Source of the DNA: the human T2T-CHM13v2.0 reference genome, Homo sapiens
Assembly: GCF_009914755.1 (NCBI RefSeq)
Contig: NC_060928.1
DNA: 64,000 bases
Strand: one strand, 5' to 3'
Part shown: positions 38,281 through 51,742 of the stretch, piece by piece
Numbering within the stretch: position 1 is the first letter of the stretch
How the letters are laid out: each line of letters starts with the position of its first letter
Translations under genes and position numbers: made by a program
Notes under the pieces: model-generated
What the model was told of the DNA's origin: nothing
What the model saw: only the letters and a program-made list of their open reading frames with translations
Databases searched by the model: none

Positions 38281-39871
38281 ATCCTTTCCTGTCTTGCAGG
38301 AAAAGGAGTTCCCATACCTGCCTTCCTGACCAGAAATCCCAAACTCACAGTCCAGACCCCAGACCTAGGGGGATCCCCCCTCCCCTGCTGGAGACGCTGC
38401 TGGCCAGGCATTTAGTCTGCAAATACCCTGACAAGACAGGTCATCAATGTGAAATTATCACCATCAGCAGGGCCAGGCGGCCTGGCCTCCCATTATGACC
38501 AAATGAATAACTCCGTTTAGAGAAGTCGTTTAGGGCGCTGCCCCAGACAATGACTCCTGTCAAAAGATTTACCGAAGCTCAGGGGCAATGTGGCGGGGAG
38601 GCCCCGTGGGCCTGGCCTCACAGTTTATCAGCTCATGCAGAAAACAAAGATTGCAGCGTGGACCATTTCGCCGCTGAAATTCATGCCTTTTGACCCCAAA
38701 TGAAGAGATAATCCCGGGGCTTGTTTCCACTTGAGCTTGGAGATATTGTAAACAGCTGGCTCTGAAGCAGAACCTCACATTGGCCTTGGGTGGAAAACAA
38801 GTCATCAACCACACTGCTGGGGAAAGCGGTTCTTTACTTCATTTTACTACACTCCCTTGGAAGCACCCCCCAGGAGAATTCTATTTTTAAATTGAGTGCT
38901 TGGTAGAACTCTCGCTAAAGGAACATGCTGGAGGATGTGCTTCCTCCAATCCCCTACTGAAGACTGTAAGCTTAATCATGATGTATTTTCTCCTTGGCTA
39001 CCAGGAAGCTCAAAAGCCAAGAAAAGCTTAAGTCCGTCAGCAAGGCTGGTCCTTTATATTATAACATGTGCATTATCCTTTACTTTCCTGTTGTGGATTC
39101 TATTTAGGTTTAATGATGTTTGTTTAAGTGCTTCATCGTGTAAACAGCTTCATATCCTTTGTTGAAAGAGGGAGGGCTGTGGGTAAATGATGGCGGGCTT
39201 CCAGGCAGGCAGAGTGGACAGCCAGAGGCAATAACAGGATTCGCCAAGGGACACCAGGTGGGAAGACCCATGCAAAGGCAGCTTGGGATGATCCACTTGC
39301 CCAGCATGAGAGGGGCACCTGGTTCTGCCCAGAAGCTCAGGAAATACCACGTGAATGCATGAATGTTGAATGGATAACTGAGCACTAAGCAAGTGGCCAG
39401 CAGACCCTGGACGCAGGCACCGTGCTCGGCCTCTGCTGCTTGGGGGTCCTCTCCTGACTTGTGAGGCCAGTCACCACCTCTCTCACAGTGAGATGGGGAG
39501 ATGAAACCACAGCGGCGACCTGGCGTGTGCCCGGTGCATGGCGCAGCCTATGAGAGCTCCTCCACCTTCTCCTCCTTTCAGGGTGAGGTCATGTTTGACC
39601 AGCTTAAGTCAGGTGACAGATGCCAAGAAAGTGTGCATGCTGCAATTAGAAGCTGGAATGTTACAAAGGATGATAACAGCAGCTCCAGAGCATTTGCTGA
39701 ACCCCAAGCGCTGTCCTATGCAACCCGTGTGGACTAACCCCTGTGATGCCCACACCCTCACAAGGTAGGAATTCTCATTGTCATTTTACAGATGACAAAA
39801 TGGAGGTGTGGCAACTTTAAAACCTGTCTACAAATTCTTGGACCTTCTGGCATCGAGAGGCAGGTCACAGA

Positions 39872-39872
<1 letters not shown>

Positions 39873-39914
<42 letters not shown>

Positions 39915-39915
39915 T
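39873..39915. repeat. (CA)n microsatellite
   Basis: Read directly. Confidence 0.95.
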
Positions 39916-40432
39916 ATGCATACGTTGAAGCTGGCTGGCTGCGATTGTGACTCTTTTGTAGCCAATATCATGGCAGTGAGGTTAGTTGAGAAAATGTGGT
40001 GGTGCCAACAGTTCCGGTTTTTGTAGCCCAGGCACCAACCATGTGAGCAATGAGATAATCCCAGCCCCCAGGCATTAAGTCCCCCAGAGCCCCCAGTCTT
40101 CCAAGCAGGGGTCCCCCAGACTGTGTGGAGCAGACAAGTCATCCCCACTGGCTCCTTCCACAAAGAGGTTGTGGCTTTATTTCTAAGTTTGAGGTGGCTT
40201 TACATTGACAGGACAGAGATTTGGTGTCTGGGCAAATCCCAAGCATTAACTCTGGTCCTGGGCAGTGGATAGAAGCTAAAGGGGCCTTGAGAAGACTGCC
40301 AGTGAGGGCTTGAGGAAGACCAAGAAGAACGTCATTGGAAACCAGAGAAAAAGGGAGGTCAGTAACCCAAAGGAGGCCAATACTGCCATAAGCTACAACG
40401 TGGAAAGCAGGAAAAGGGTACCTAATTAACCC

Positions 40433-40634
40433 AGTGATGTAGCAAGCTTCTTCTGTAAAGGGCCAAATGGTAAATATTTTAGATATTGTGGAGAAGATGG
40501 TCTCTGCTGAAACTCCTCAAGTCTATAGTTGTAGCTCAAAAGCAGCCATCAACAATACACCAATAAATGGGCATGGCTGCACTCCAATAACCCTGTTTAC
40601 AAAAACAGGCAGTAGGCTGGATTGCTCACCCCTG
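40433..40634 (+). mobile_element. MER58A-like hAT DNA transposon
   Basis: ttctgtaaagggccaaatggtaaatattttag...aaagcagccat...gggcatggctg...tttacaaaaacaggcagtaggctggatt. Confidence 0.82.
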
Positions 40635-40790
40635 ATCTAGCTAAGATGTCCAGGAAAATATATTGAAAGTGCCAGTTTCTTCTCCTTGCAGCCTATGATA
40701 AGATGCAAGAGGAAGGAGGTGAGCTGAAGAGCAAACTGCAGAATTTTCAAGATAAATTTTCAGAAAATTTAAAGGAGATAGAGTTTGCTG

Positions 40791-41396
40791 GGTGATTATG
40801 TGGTGATGATGATGATGATGGTGATAGTAGTGATGGTGATGGTGGTGGTGATGGTGGTGGTGGTGGTGATAATGATGGTGGTGATGGTGGTGGTGATGGT
40901 GATGATGGTGATGGTGGTGATGGTGGTGGTGGTGATGGTGGTGATGGTGGTGGTGATGATGGTGATGATGGTGGTGATGGCAGTGGTGATGATAATGGTG
41001 GTGATGGTGATGATGGTGGTGGTGGTGATGGTGGTGATGGTGATGATGATAGTGGTGATGGTGGTGATGGTGAGGATAATGGTGGTGATGGTGGTGGTGA
41101 TGGTGATGATGGTGGTGGTGGTGATGGTGATGATGATGATGGTGGTGATGGTGGTGATGGTGATGATGATAGTGGTGATGGTGATAATTACGATGATAAT
41201 GGTGATGGTGATAGTGATGATGGTGATGACCATGATGGTGGTGGTGATGATGGAAGTGATGGGGATGGTGGTGATGGTGATGACAATGGTGGTGATGATG
41301 GTGACAGTGGTGGTGATGATGATGATGGTGATGATAATTGTGATGATGGTGGTGATTATAGTGGTGATAACATTAATGATGGTGATGATCATTATG
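40791..41396. repeat. ~600-bp (GGT/GAT)n trinucleotide low-complexity repeat
   Basis: Read directly. Confidence 0.96.
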
Positions 41397-41873
41397 GCAA
41401 AGGGGAAGGAATGCAGTGTTATGTGTAGTACAGCTTAGAATTTCTCAGTGGCCAGAATTGTATGCTGCATCCATCATTGCTATCTTCTGTCCCTGTCCAG
41501 CCATCCTTGCTTAGCAGTGTGAGCTCTTTGAAGGCAGGGTCATGCTGGATCCTATCCTTCCCCACCCACCCCAGAGTTGGCCACATACTGGTGCTCCTTC
41601 AACAGGAGTTTAAGGATGATGAGTGGAGGGGGAATCTCTTTGGAAGACATGAAATCACAAACCTTACATTTCCTCTCTCCTGTTCTATTATCTAAATATA
41701 TCTCCTGTGGCCCCCTTTCAGTAAATTATAACAGAATTAATTTTAAAAAAAACTCACCTGGCTCCATGTTCCTCTAAGATATTATTTCATTTTCTGACTC
41801 CTTTTGCACTAGAAGCCCTTCAAAGAGGTGACGTATCCTTCACATCACATTCTCTCTTGAACCAGCCCTACCC

Positions 41874-42061
41874 AACAGGCTGCTGGAGCAGGCTTACACT
41901 GGCTTGCGAGAGTAGTTGTTAAATTGTCAGGAAATTTCCCAACCAGTTGGTAAACTGTCATGCTCTGCCACAGTGGGATACACTTCAGAAATCAGCAAAT
42001 ACTAGAAATCAGCTTTCTCTCCCAGAGAACCAGTTGTTAAACATTTGCCAGCGTGCCAGTG
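41874..42061 (+). mobile_element. MER63A-like hAT DNA transposon
   Basis: tgctggagcaggcttacactggcttgcgagagtagttgttaaatt...cagttgttaaacatttgccagcgtgccagtg. Confidence 0.72.
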
Positions 42062-42114
42062 TGGCCCCTCCACTGAGTCTGCTCTTATCAAGATCATGTC
42101 AAGGTCGCTGGAGA

Positions 42115-42598
42115 GCTCCAGGCTTGGAAGTTCTTCCACCAGGTCTGCCCCGAGGCTCCAGCTTGCTGTTCCCCAGGCTCAGAAGCTCTTCCACCCAGGT
42201 CTGCCTGGAGGCTCCGCCTTGCTGTTCCCCAGGCTCAGAAGCTCTTCCACCCAGGTCTACCTGGAGGCTCCGCCTTGCTGTTCCCAGGCTCAGAAGTTCT
42301 TCCAGCAGGTCTGCCCCGAGGCTCCGGCTTGCAGTTCCCAGGCTCAGAAGCTTTTCCACCAGGTCTGCCCAGAGGCTCCGGCTTGCAGTTCCCAGGCTCA
42401 GAAGCTCTTCCACCAGGTCTGCCCAGAGGCTCTGGCTTGCTGTTCCCCAGGCTCAGAAGCTCTTCCACCCAGGTCTGCCCAGAGGCTCCAGCTTGCAGTT
42501 CCCAGGCTCAGAAGCTCTTCCACCCAGGTCTGCCCGGAGGCTCCGGCTTGCTGTTCCCTGGACTCAGAAGCTCTTCTACCGGGTCTTCCCCAGGCTAG
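42115..42598. repeat. ~56-bp VNTR, ~8 copies
   Basis: Unit ccaggctcagaagctcttccacccaggtctgcccagaggctccggcttgctgttcc. Confidence 0.95.
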
Positions 42599-43810
42599 CT
42601 CTGCTTGTTGTCAACTTGGTCTCTGCTTAGGACTGTCCCTGTCCCCGTGTCCAGCACAGGACTGGATGCACAGTAGGAGCACAGATTGCTGGTGAGGATG
42701 GAATGACAGCCCTACGGTGTGGACCAGCTGCCCCTTGACACAAAACTGCATGGACTTCTGGGCTGCAGAGTTGCTGGGCAGTCGATGCTTGGGGAGCAAT
42801 GCCCATGGCAGGAAGCCAACTCGGCAGGAAGGCAAGGAGGCCCTGCTGAGCCCCACGCCACCCACACCAGGTGCTGGAGGATTCCACGGCTGTGGGAGCC
42901 TCACATTACAGTGCCTGCCCCAGGCCTGTCCCCAGAGACAGCCCCAGGTGCCGAGGCAATCTGTCCTCTTACCCCACCCTTCAAGTCCCTGGAGGCGACA
43001 TCTTTGAGCTGTCACTCCTGTAACCTGATCAGCAATGGGACAAGGTTCTGGGGCACAAAACAAGAGACATCTTAATTGGTGGCTCTTCCGGAGCAGCCAG
43101 AGCCCCAGACATCTCTTAATTTGTCAGGTGGGTCTGAGCCGGAAATGCAGGCTTCTCATGTGGCCATGGGACATGCTGGCAGCTCGCCTGGGTGGCTCTA
43201 CATGCAGAGGGATGCTGACCTCTCACGTGGGCTTGTGTCTCTGATGCCTCAATTCAGCCTGTGTCTGGTTTAAGACAAGCACCGCCTCCCTTCTCTGCAT
43301 GCAGAATTGAGCTCTGGTCCCCAGAGGTGGTCACTCCAGCAGGACACTTGTCAGGCTGGGCAGCCTGCAGCACCACACGGGGAGTTTCAGCAGTGTGGTT
43401 CCCATGCCTGCCAAAGATCAGAGCCTCCTGGCAGCTTTGGGCAGCACCTATTCCTTGGGCCCTGGCCCAGGTGCTTGGGGAGAGCAACTGGTTCTCAGCT
43501 GGTGACTGACTGGGTGAGGTGACCGACACAGCCGTTCCTAACCATTTGTGATGGGCCTGGCAGGGGCATTTCAGCCAGGCCTTAATGCCCAGGTGGGACT
43601 CAGGCAGGCAAGCAGAAGGAACAGCCTGGGCAGAGGCCCAGCCACAGGAGCACATGGGCCTCATTCAGGGAGTGGTGACTGCCTGGCAGGGGAGAGCAAG
43701 GGTAAGGGTGATAGGAGGAGGGGAGCAGGCAAGCAAGTGACCCAGGTGGCTCGCTGCGGCCCAGAAAGCTTTGGGTGGAGCTTGGGCTCAGCCAAGAAAG
43801 TGGATGGCAA

Positions 43811-44141
43811 GGCAGCCTCCCAGTAAGAAGGTGGAGGATCGGGCAGCATCCCCAGTAAGAAGGTAGAGGGTGGGGCAGCCTCTTGGTAAGAAGGTAGAGG
43901 GTGGGGCAGCCTCCCCAGTAAGAAGGTGGAGGGCCAGGCAACATCCCCAATAAGAAGGTGGAGGGTGAGGCAGCCTCCCCAGTTAAGAAGGCGGAGGGTG
44001 GAGCAGCCTCCCCAGTAAGAAGGCGGAGGGTGGGGCAGCCTCCCCAGTTAAGAAGGCGGAGGGCGGGGCAGCCCCCCCAGTAAGAAGGCGGAGGGTGGGG
44101 CAGCCCCCCCAGTAAGAAGGCGGAGGGTGGGGCAGCCTCCC
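43811..44141. repeat. ~32-bp G-rich VNTR, ~10 copies
   Basis: Unit gggtggggcagcctccccagtaagaaggcgga. Confidence 0.95.
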
Positions 44142-44980
44142 TTTCAGGGGAACCACCTGTAGCCCAAGAGGGAGAAGGGGCAGGGTCTGCAGCCAGACCC
44201 AGCTTTGAGGCTCAGCCTGGGTGCACACTGGCCACGTGAATGTGCCAGTCCTCAGCCTCGCAGAGCCTCTGTTTCCTCCTCAGCAAACTAGAGGCCACTG
44301 CTATGTCTCCATTCTTAGAATAGAACATGCAACTCTCATTTAGCCCATGCTCTGGACACACACACGAGCATCAGCACAGTTCAGTCTGAATAATGGCCCG
44401 ACATGTACATGGCCTGACTTTTTGTTAATGCCTGAAACACCCAGATCAGGAGCATCTGCTGCCCACGCCAGATACACATGCAGCTAAAATGTCTGAACGC
44501 ACGTTGTAGAATGGGGGTGACCTCAGGGGAAGGGGAAGGGAGTAGGAGACCTCAGCTGAGCTGTAACGTTTCACTTCTTAAAATACAATAAGCCTATGAA
44601 GTAAAAACGATAGCAACCACAGTATCATCACAACAAAAGCGCCGAAACTGAAACCGGGCTGAGGTGGAGGTTCCAACAGAGAAGGGGCCTCAGCCCTGGA
44701 GGGAGTCCTGGACGTTGCGGAGCCGCCCACTCTGGCCAGCCCCACACTATGCACGGCTCACTCCTTCCCTGCTGGCTGCAGCCTTGTGTCCCAGTGATCC
44801 GGTGATCCAGTGAGCCCAGGCAGAGTGCTTCTGAGCTTTGGGACTTCTGCCTCTTGCGAGGCCTGCGGAAGGCCCCTGATCCCGGGGATATGGACAGTGA
44901 GTGAGCTCCCGTGAAAATGAGCTCATAGACTCCATGCTCCATGGATGCCCTGCTGGCACCAGCATCCCTGGCTGTTTCCA

Positions 44981-44998
44981 TGGCCAGCAGAGGGCAGG
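44981..44998 (+). promoter_or_regulatory. Candidate CTCF motif
   Basis: tggccagcagagggcag matches core CCASYAGRKGGCRS; binding not shown. Confidence 0.4.
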
Positions 44999-47900
44999 TG
45001 AGGGGCTGAGGTTCCTCTTCTTGAGGAGCAGTGGGGAGTGGGGTGGAGTGGAGGAGGTGGGGGGGGTGCAGTCACTGGGGGTCCCGTCCCTGAAAGCTGC
45101 GCTCTGGCCAGCAGGCTAGGATAACAAGTGCCAGAGATGAGGGAACTGTATGGAAGGGAGAGGTCCCCATCGCCGGGCACTCGACTGACCCTCGCCTTGG
45201 GGAAGCTGTAGAAGAGTCCCTCGTAGGGGGTAGGGGATGGTGAGGAGGGTGGAGGAGTTGGAGCTGCCCCCTTGGACCCTAAAACCTGTTCCCAGAGGGC
45301 CTGCCTCTCTCAGGACAACGCCATCTGTGCGCCCCCTTCACCAGCCTGGCTGCACCCGGGGGGGCTCAGTGGGACCTCTCGGGCACACTGAGGTCACGCC
45401 CCTTGCCCTGTCCAGATGGGCCTGGGCCGACTCCGTCCGCTGCAGGCGAGGACAATGGCCCCTGTTGTCGTCCAGCCACCCTCGGCCACATTCTCCAGGG
45501 ACCTAGTGACCCTGAACAGGACGGTGAAGAGGTCCCCGCTGACTCAGCGAGATGTCCACTCGCTAATGAAGGGCCGTTGGAAAGGGCGTTGACCTTGGTC
45601 AGCAGGCTGGGCTTTCCATCCAGGGGTCACTGCAAGGACACACAGGAGACAGTGATGCCACGCCCGCCCCACCCCAAACACTTGCCAGCAGCTCAGAGGA
45701 CAACTGTCTGGCGGTCAGCCTACGCCAAGACCCACCTGTGGGGCAGAGCCAGGACAGGCAGCCCGGTTCAGAGGTTTAAACCAGGGGCCAGCCCTGCTGC
45801 CAAGTAAAATGGCAGCAACCACATGGCACCATCCAAGCCCTGACTGAAGGAGGCCCCAGGTTCAATGGAATGGTAGATGGTTCCTAACCCAGCGTGGAGA
45901 CCAAGGAAGGCTGCCTGGAGGAGGGGATATGGAGCCGGGTCTTGAAGGATGGGTAGCACTGGCCAGAAATCACTGAAGGAGAAGAGGGGGCTAGACAGAA
46001 AACAGCACTGGCAGCGATTTTTGGGCAAAGAGGGCAGAGAGATGGAACTCTTTTGCGTAACTCAAGCATGGGCTGCCAAAAGGAGGGAGGCTGGAAGTGA
46101 GCAAGGCGGTGGGAGGCGCCGAGGGGATGAGACAAGGAGAAGGGCGTTCAATGTGTTAGAAACACCCCATGTGATCGCAGCGGGCAGGCAAAGGCGTGGC
46201 CGGATAATGCCTTAGATTGAGGGAAGTCCAGGGGGGCGCAGGCTCCACAGAGTGCTGAGCAAAGTCACACTGGCTTTGCAGAAACCCCCGGGGAGGCTAT
46301 TCCACCTTGAGCAAAGGCCTGGAGGCCAGAAAGTGCGGCCCATGTTGGGGTGGTGACAGGCCACTTGACGGAGAGCAGGAAGCATGAAGGCCGGGGAGGA
46401 CCTCAGAGGGAAGGCTGGATGGGGTGGACCGAAATGATGTGGGCTGGAGAAGGCACTTCCGACGGGGGCTCAGCTTCAGCTAAGCGAGGGAGGCTGGAGG
46501 GGCGCAATGAGGGTCTGGGGTTGCAGATGTGAGAATGTGTGGCAGCAGACATGGCACCGTAACTGCTGGCCTGTATCAGGACCAGGGCCCAGTGCTCATG
46601 GCAGGCAGAACCCACACACCCTCCCATGCTGTTCCATGGTGTTCAACACTGTTCCATTTGGCACCATCAAGGTGCCCCACAGCAACAGAAGGAAGGAGCT
46701 GTGCTCCTCCACAGGGACTCACCACCAGGCAGCTGTGGAACTCAGGCTCATGACTCTCCCTCTCTAACCTGAATCCCTCTCCTATAAAATGGGGCTATTA
46801 TCTGCCCTGCCGCCCTCCCAGGATTGTTTGGACCCACTTATAAGGGTATAAAAAAGCACCCCGTGCTGCCCAGCACTGAACATGGTGAAAAGCAGTCTCC
46901 ACGATGACACGATGATATGACGGCACTTCTGCAGGAGAGTCTGAGCTCTCTTTCAAACACAGGAAATCCACTTACAAAACTTGACGACCTACAGGTCAAA
47001 AATTAAACCTCAACAAATTTCAAAGAATGATTTTCATATGCAGTATATTGTCTGACCACAATGTGATTCATTTAGAAGGTAACATAAAAAAAGATTAAAG
47101 ATAACATAAAAAGATTATATAGGTTTAGAAGACTGACACATGATCCTAAATAACCTGTGGGTTAAAGAGAAGATTGCAATGGAAATTACAAATGATTTAG
47201 TCCTGAATGTAAAAAAAAGGGTGGGAGGCATTATATAGCAGTTTTCTTGGTTGTAGCAAATTAGTTTTTAGAGGTATATTTGTAAACTATGCATTTATTA
47301 TAAAAATAAGAAAACTTACAAATACATAAGGTACAATCTTAACTAAAAATAGAAAACTGACAATAATTCTAAAGAACATAGAAGAAAAGAAGTAAAGATA
47401 TGAGAAGAAATGGATTAAATAGAAAATGAAGAAAAATAGAAATTATCAACAAAAGCAAAATTCTGCCCTCAGAGAAAATAAAATAGAAAAATTTCTAGTA
47501 AGACTAATCAAGAAAAAAGTGCTATCAACAAATCACATTAGGAATGAAGAAGGAAGCAGAAGAGATTTAGAAGAATTGTTAAAGGATACTGCAATCAACT
47601 TTATGCCAATATATTTTAAATTTCAGTGTAATGAACATTTTTCCTGAAGAAAAATTAATTACCAAAATTAACTCAAGTTGAAATAGAAGACACAAACAAA
47701 GCAATAACCAGTGAAAAAATAGTATTGATTAGCAAACATTTATATACCCAAAGAAAACAAACAAAAGTCACCAAGCCCAGGTAGTATTACAGCAAGAGCC
47801 ACCAAATCTTCAAGAGACAAATGATCCCTAATATATGCACACTATTGCAGAGAATAAGGGAAAAAAATGGGAAACTTATCAATTTACTTTAAGAGAATAG

Positions 47901-48097
47901 TATAAGCTAATGACTAAAGTTACATGACCGTTTACGAAAAGAAAATATCACGCCAATTTCAATTCTAAACATAGATTTTGAAAATCTTAGGGGAAAGTCT
48001 GGCAAATCAAATCTTGCTGCATATTAAAATAATGACAGCTCATTTTAGTTTACCTCCGAAAGTCAAGGAGAGTACTCATTTCAAAAATTTAGGAATA

Positions 48098-48710
48098 GGC
48101 CGGACGCAGTGGCTTACGCCTGTAATCCCAGCACTTTGGGAGGCCAAGGTGGGTGGATCACTTGAGACCCAGAGTTAGAGACCAGCCTGGCCAATATGGT
48201 GAAACCCCGTCTCTACTAAAAAAATACAAAAATTAAGCTGGGCGCGGTGGCTCACGCCTGTAATCCCAGCACTTTGGGAGGCTGAGGTGGGTGGTTCATG
48301 AGGTCAGGAGTTCAAGACCAACCTGGCCAAGATGGTGAAACCCTGTCTCTACTAAAAATACAAAAAAATTAGCCAGGTATGGTAGTGGGCACCTGTAATC
48401 TCAGCTACTCAGGAGGCTGAGGCAGAGAATTGCTTGAACCCAAGAGGCAGAGGTTGCAGTGAGCCGAGATCATGTCACTGCACTCCAGCCAGGGCTATGG
48501 GCTATACAGCGAGAGCCTGTCTCAAAAAAAAAAAAAAAAAAAAAAAAAAATTAGCCTGGTGTGGTGGCATACACGTGTCGTCCCAGGACACAGAAGGCTG
48601 AGGAATAAGAATCGTTTGAACCCAGAAGACGAAGATTGCAGTGAGCAGAGATGGCACCCCTGCATTCCAGCATGGGTGATAGAGCAAGGCTCCATCTAAA
48701 AAAAAAAAAT
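48098..48710 (+). mobile_element. Outer Alu, split at its linker by a second Alu
   Basis: Left monomer 48098-48235, right monomer 48551-48708; TSD-like aaaaatttaggaata / aaaaattaggaata. Confidence 0.9.
48236..48550 (+). mobile_element. Inner AluS (Sg-like) nested in an Alu linker
   Basis: Complete dimer with long poly-A; flanked by aaaaatta on both sides. Confidence 0.92.
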
Positions 48711-48869
48711 TAGGAATAAACAATGACATATTAAGAGAGGAGAGGATGAGAGACTCCAATTTTATCATCTTAATAGAAACTAAAAAAGCATTCAGTAGAA
48801 TTCAGCATTTATTCAAGATTGAGTTTTTCAAATTCTTAGCAAACTATGAATAGCATGAAGTTTTCTTAT

Positions 48870-49380
48870 TTGGATACATTTAGACAAGGTAGAAAGATGC
48901 TAAGCTGCTGAACAAAGGGACACCAAAACAGAGTGGCTGGGATGGGAGTGGAGTTTGTGAACAAAGGGACACCAAAGCCAGGTGGCTGGGATGGGAGAGA
49001 AGTTTGTGTCTGTGACATGTAACAGTGCAGGGGAGGTGGGAGACAGAGGCACTGGAGACACAGGTGCCTCCTATTGTGATGTTTTACACGTTCTAGAATG
49101 TTGTCCTCATCCACAGAGTCAAAGTACATTCACTATTGTCATTTCCACAGAAAGACAAAGAGGAAACGTGATATATAATTTGCACACATCACTTCTCCCA
49201 TGCCTATTAATGAGAACCTGGTCATGTGGACACACCAGGCTGTAAGGGAAGTGGAAATGTACTTTTCACCTAGGTAGACACATGTTCGTCTACAATCCAA
49301 AGGAGATCTATTACTAAAATAAAAAAAAAATAAGGGAGAAGGGGTAAGAAGGGTCTGTTTGCAGGCTCTGCTACAGCTGA
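48870..49380 (-). mobile_element. Degenerate MLT1J/K-like LTR fragment with internal 49-bp tandem duplication (48909-49007)
   Basis: ctaagctgctgaacaaaggga, ggtcatgtggacacaccaggctgtaagggaagtggaaatgt; tgaacaaagggacaccaaa...gggatgggag x2. Confidence 0.5.
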
Positions 49381-51286
49381 TAAAAAGTGTCTATCTAAAA
49401 CACAGAGTAAACATTATACTTAATTATTAAAGTTTAAAAGTATTCCCACTGAAGTCAGGATCAAGACAAGGATGGATTCCTCATCACTATGTTCAACATT
49501 GTACTTGTAGATTTAGACAAGGAAAAATTCAAAGATGCAGACATTGAAAAATACTATGATTGTCCACACAGGAAATCTAAAATAATCTATGGACAAACTG
49601 GTATAAGTAGTATAAATATAATACAGGTATAACTAATAACTAGTAAGTTTGCTGGATACAAAAGCAAGAGAATTTATATATGCCACTAATCATCAATAAT
49701 AAAATAGAGAAAAGATTCCCAATCATAAAGGCAACCAAGACTTTAATATTTTGAACTGTGTGATATGTTTACTGGGAAAAATTATGAAATATACCATATT
49801 CATGGATAGGCAGACTCAGTATCAGAAACACATTAATTTTTCCTAAATTAGCCTTTAGAGTCAATGTACTCTCAATTTTTGAATCAAAAATTCTAACAAA
49901 GTTTTCCTCATAGGACATGGAAAGCTAATATAAAAGAATAATGGAAGAAAAAATGACTAGAATAACGCACATTTTTAGAACATAAAAATATAAAGGATTA
50001 CTTTAAAATTAATTTGGGAAGACTTCAGAAAAAGGAAAGTTATAAGGAATAAAGAGGGTCATTACATAATGATAAAAAATTCAATTCACCAAGAAGACAT
50101 AACCATCCTTAATATTTATGCACCCAATAAGAAAGCATCAAACTACATTGAGGCAATAACTGATAGATCTGCCCGGTGAAACAGATAAGTCTGCTATCAT
50201 AGTTGGAGACCTTAACACACCTCTGTCAGAAATGGATAGATCCAGCAAGCAGAAAATCAGTAAGGACAAAGTTGAACTCAACAGCGCTATCAATCAACTG
50301 GATATGATTAACACTTATAGACTACCTCATCCAACAGCAAATTACACATTCTTCTCAAGCTCTCATGGAATAACTACCGAGACAGACCACATTCTGGGGC
50401 ATCAAACACACCTTAACAAACTGAAAGCATAGAAATCTCACAATATCTGCTCTCAGACCACAATGAAATTAAATCAGAAATCAATAACAAAAAGATGCCT
50501 AGAAAATTTTAAATTACTTAAAGATTAAACAAAACACTTCTAAATAACATATGGGTCAAAGAATAAATCTCAAGAGAAATTTAAAAATATTTCCAACTAA
50601 ATGAAAATGAAATACAACTTATAAAAATTTGTTGGATGAAAGAAAAGCAGTGCTCAGAGGGAAATTTATAGCTTTGAATCCATATATTAGAAAATAACAA
50701 AGATCTAAAGTCAATAATCTAAGCTTCTACCTTATGAAACTGAAAAAGAAGAGCAAATTAATTCCAAAATAGGAAGAAATAATAAAAATTGGAGCAGAAA
50801 TCAATGAAACCAGAAGTTTGTTCTTTGAAATATCAACAGATCAATAAGCCTCTAGCCAGGCTAAGAAAAAAAGAGGACAACAATAGCTAATACCAGAAAT
50901 GAAAGACAGGATATCACTACAGATCTCATGGACATGAAAAGGATGATACAGAAATACAATGAACAACTGTATGCTCACAAATTTGATAATCTAGATGAAA
51001 TGGGCCAATTCCTTGAAAGACACAACCTGCCAAAGCTCATGCAAGAACAAATAGGCAATTTGAACAGGCTTGTATCTATTAAATAAATTGAATTAATACT
51101 TAATAACTTTCCAAAAGAGAAAGTCCAGATGGGTTCATTAGTAAATTTTACCAAACATTTAAGAAATAAATTATACTAATTCTTCACAATCTCTGTTAGA
51201 AGACAAAAGCAAGGAAAACACTCCCCATCTCATTCTTTGAAGCCAGCATTTCCCTAATACCAAAACCAGACAAAAACATTACAAGA

Positions 51287-51559
<273 letters not shown>

Positions 51560-51742
51560 TTACAAGAAAAGAAAACTACAGAACAATATGTGTCACAAAC
51601 ATAAACGCAAAAGTTAACAAAATATTAGCAAATAGAAATCAACAATGTATAAAAGAGAATTATACACCACAGGATTTATCCCAGGTATTCGAGGCTGGTT
51701 CATATAATACATTACATCAATAGGCTAAAGAAGAAAAATCAC

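Larger units (their letters stand above)
39807..40790 (+). mobile_element. Degenerate MaLR (MLT1) LTR plus internal sequence, split by MER58A
   Basis: tgtggcaactttaaaacctgtctacaaattctt; agagatttggtgtctgg, gtcattggaaaccagagaaaaggg, gcagcctatgataagatgcaagagg. Confidence 0.55.
46930..50025 (+). mobile_element. Highly degenerate old L1 ORF2 remnants, split by nested Alus and an LTR fragment
   Basis: AT-rich, L1-like phrases cctcaacaaatttcaaaga, ctaaataacctgtgggttaaagagaag, ttcccactgaagtcaggatcaagacaaggatg. Confidence 0.75.

Noticed and set aside
40785-41438. 217-aa Val/Met ORF that looks like a membrane protein
   Set aside because: Trinucleotide low-complexity artefact
41947-42695. 216-227 aa ORFs
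   Set aside because: Translations of the 56-bp VNTR
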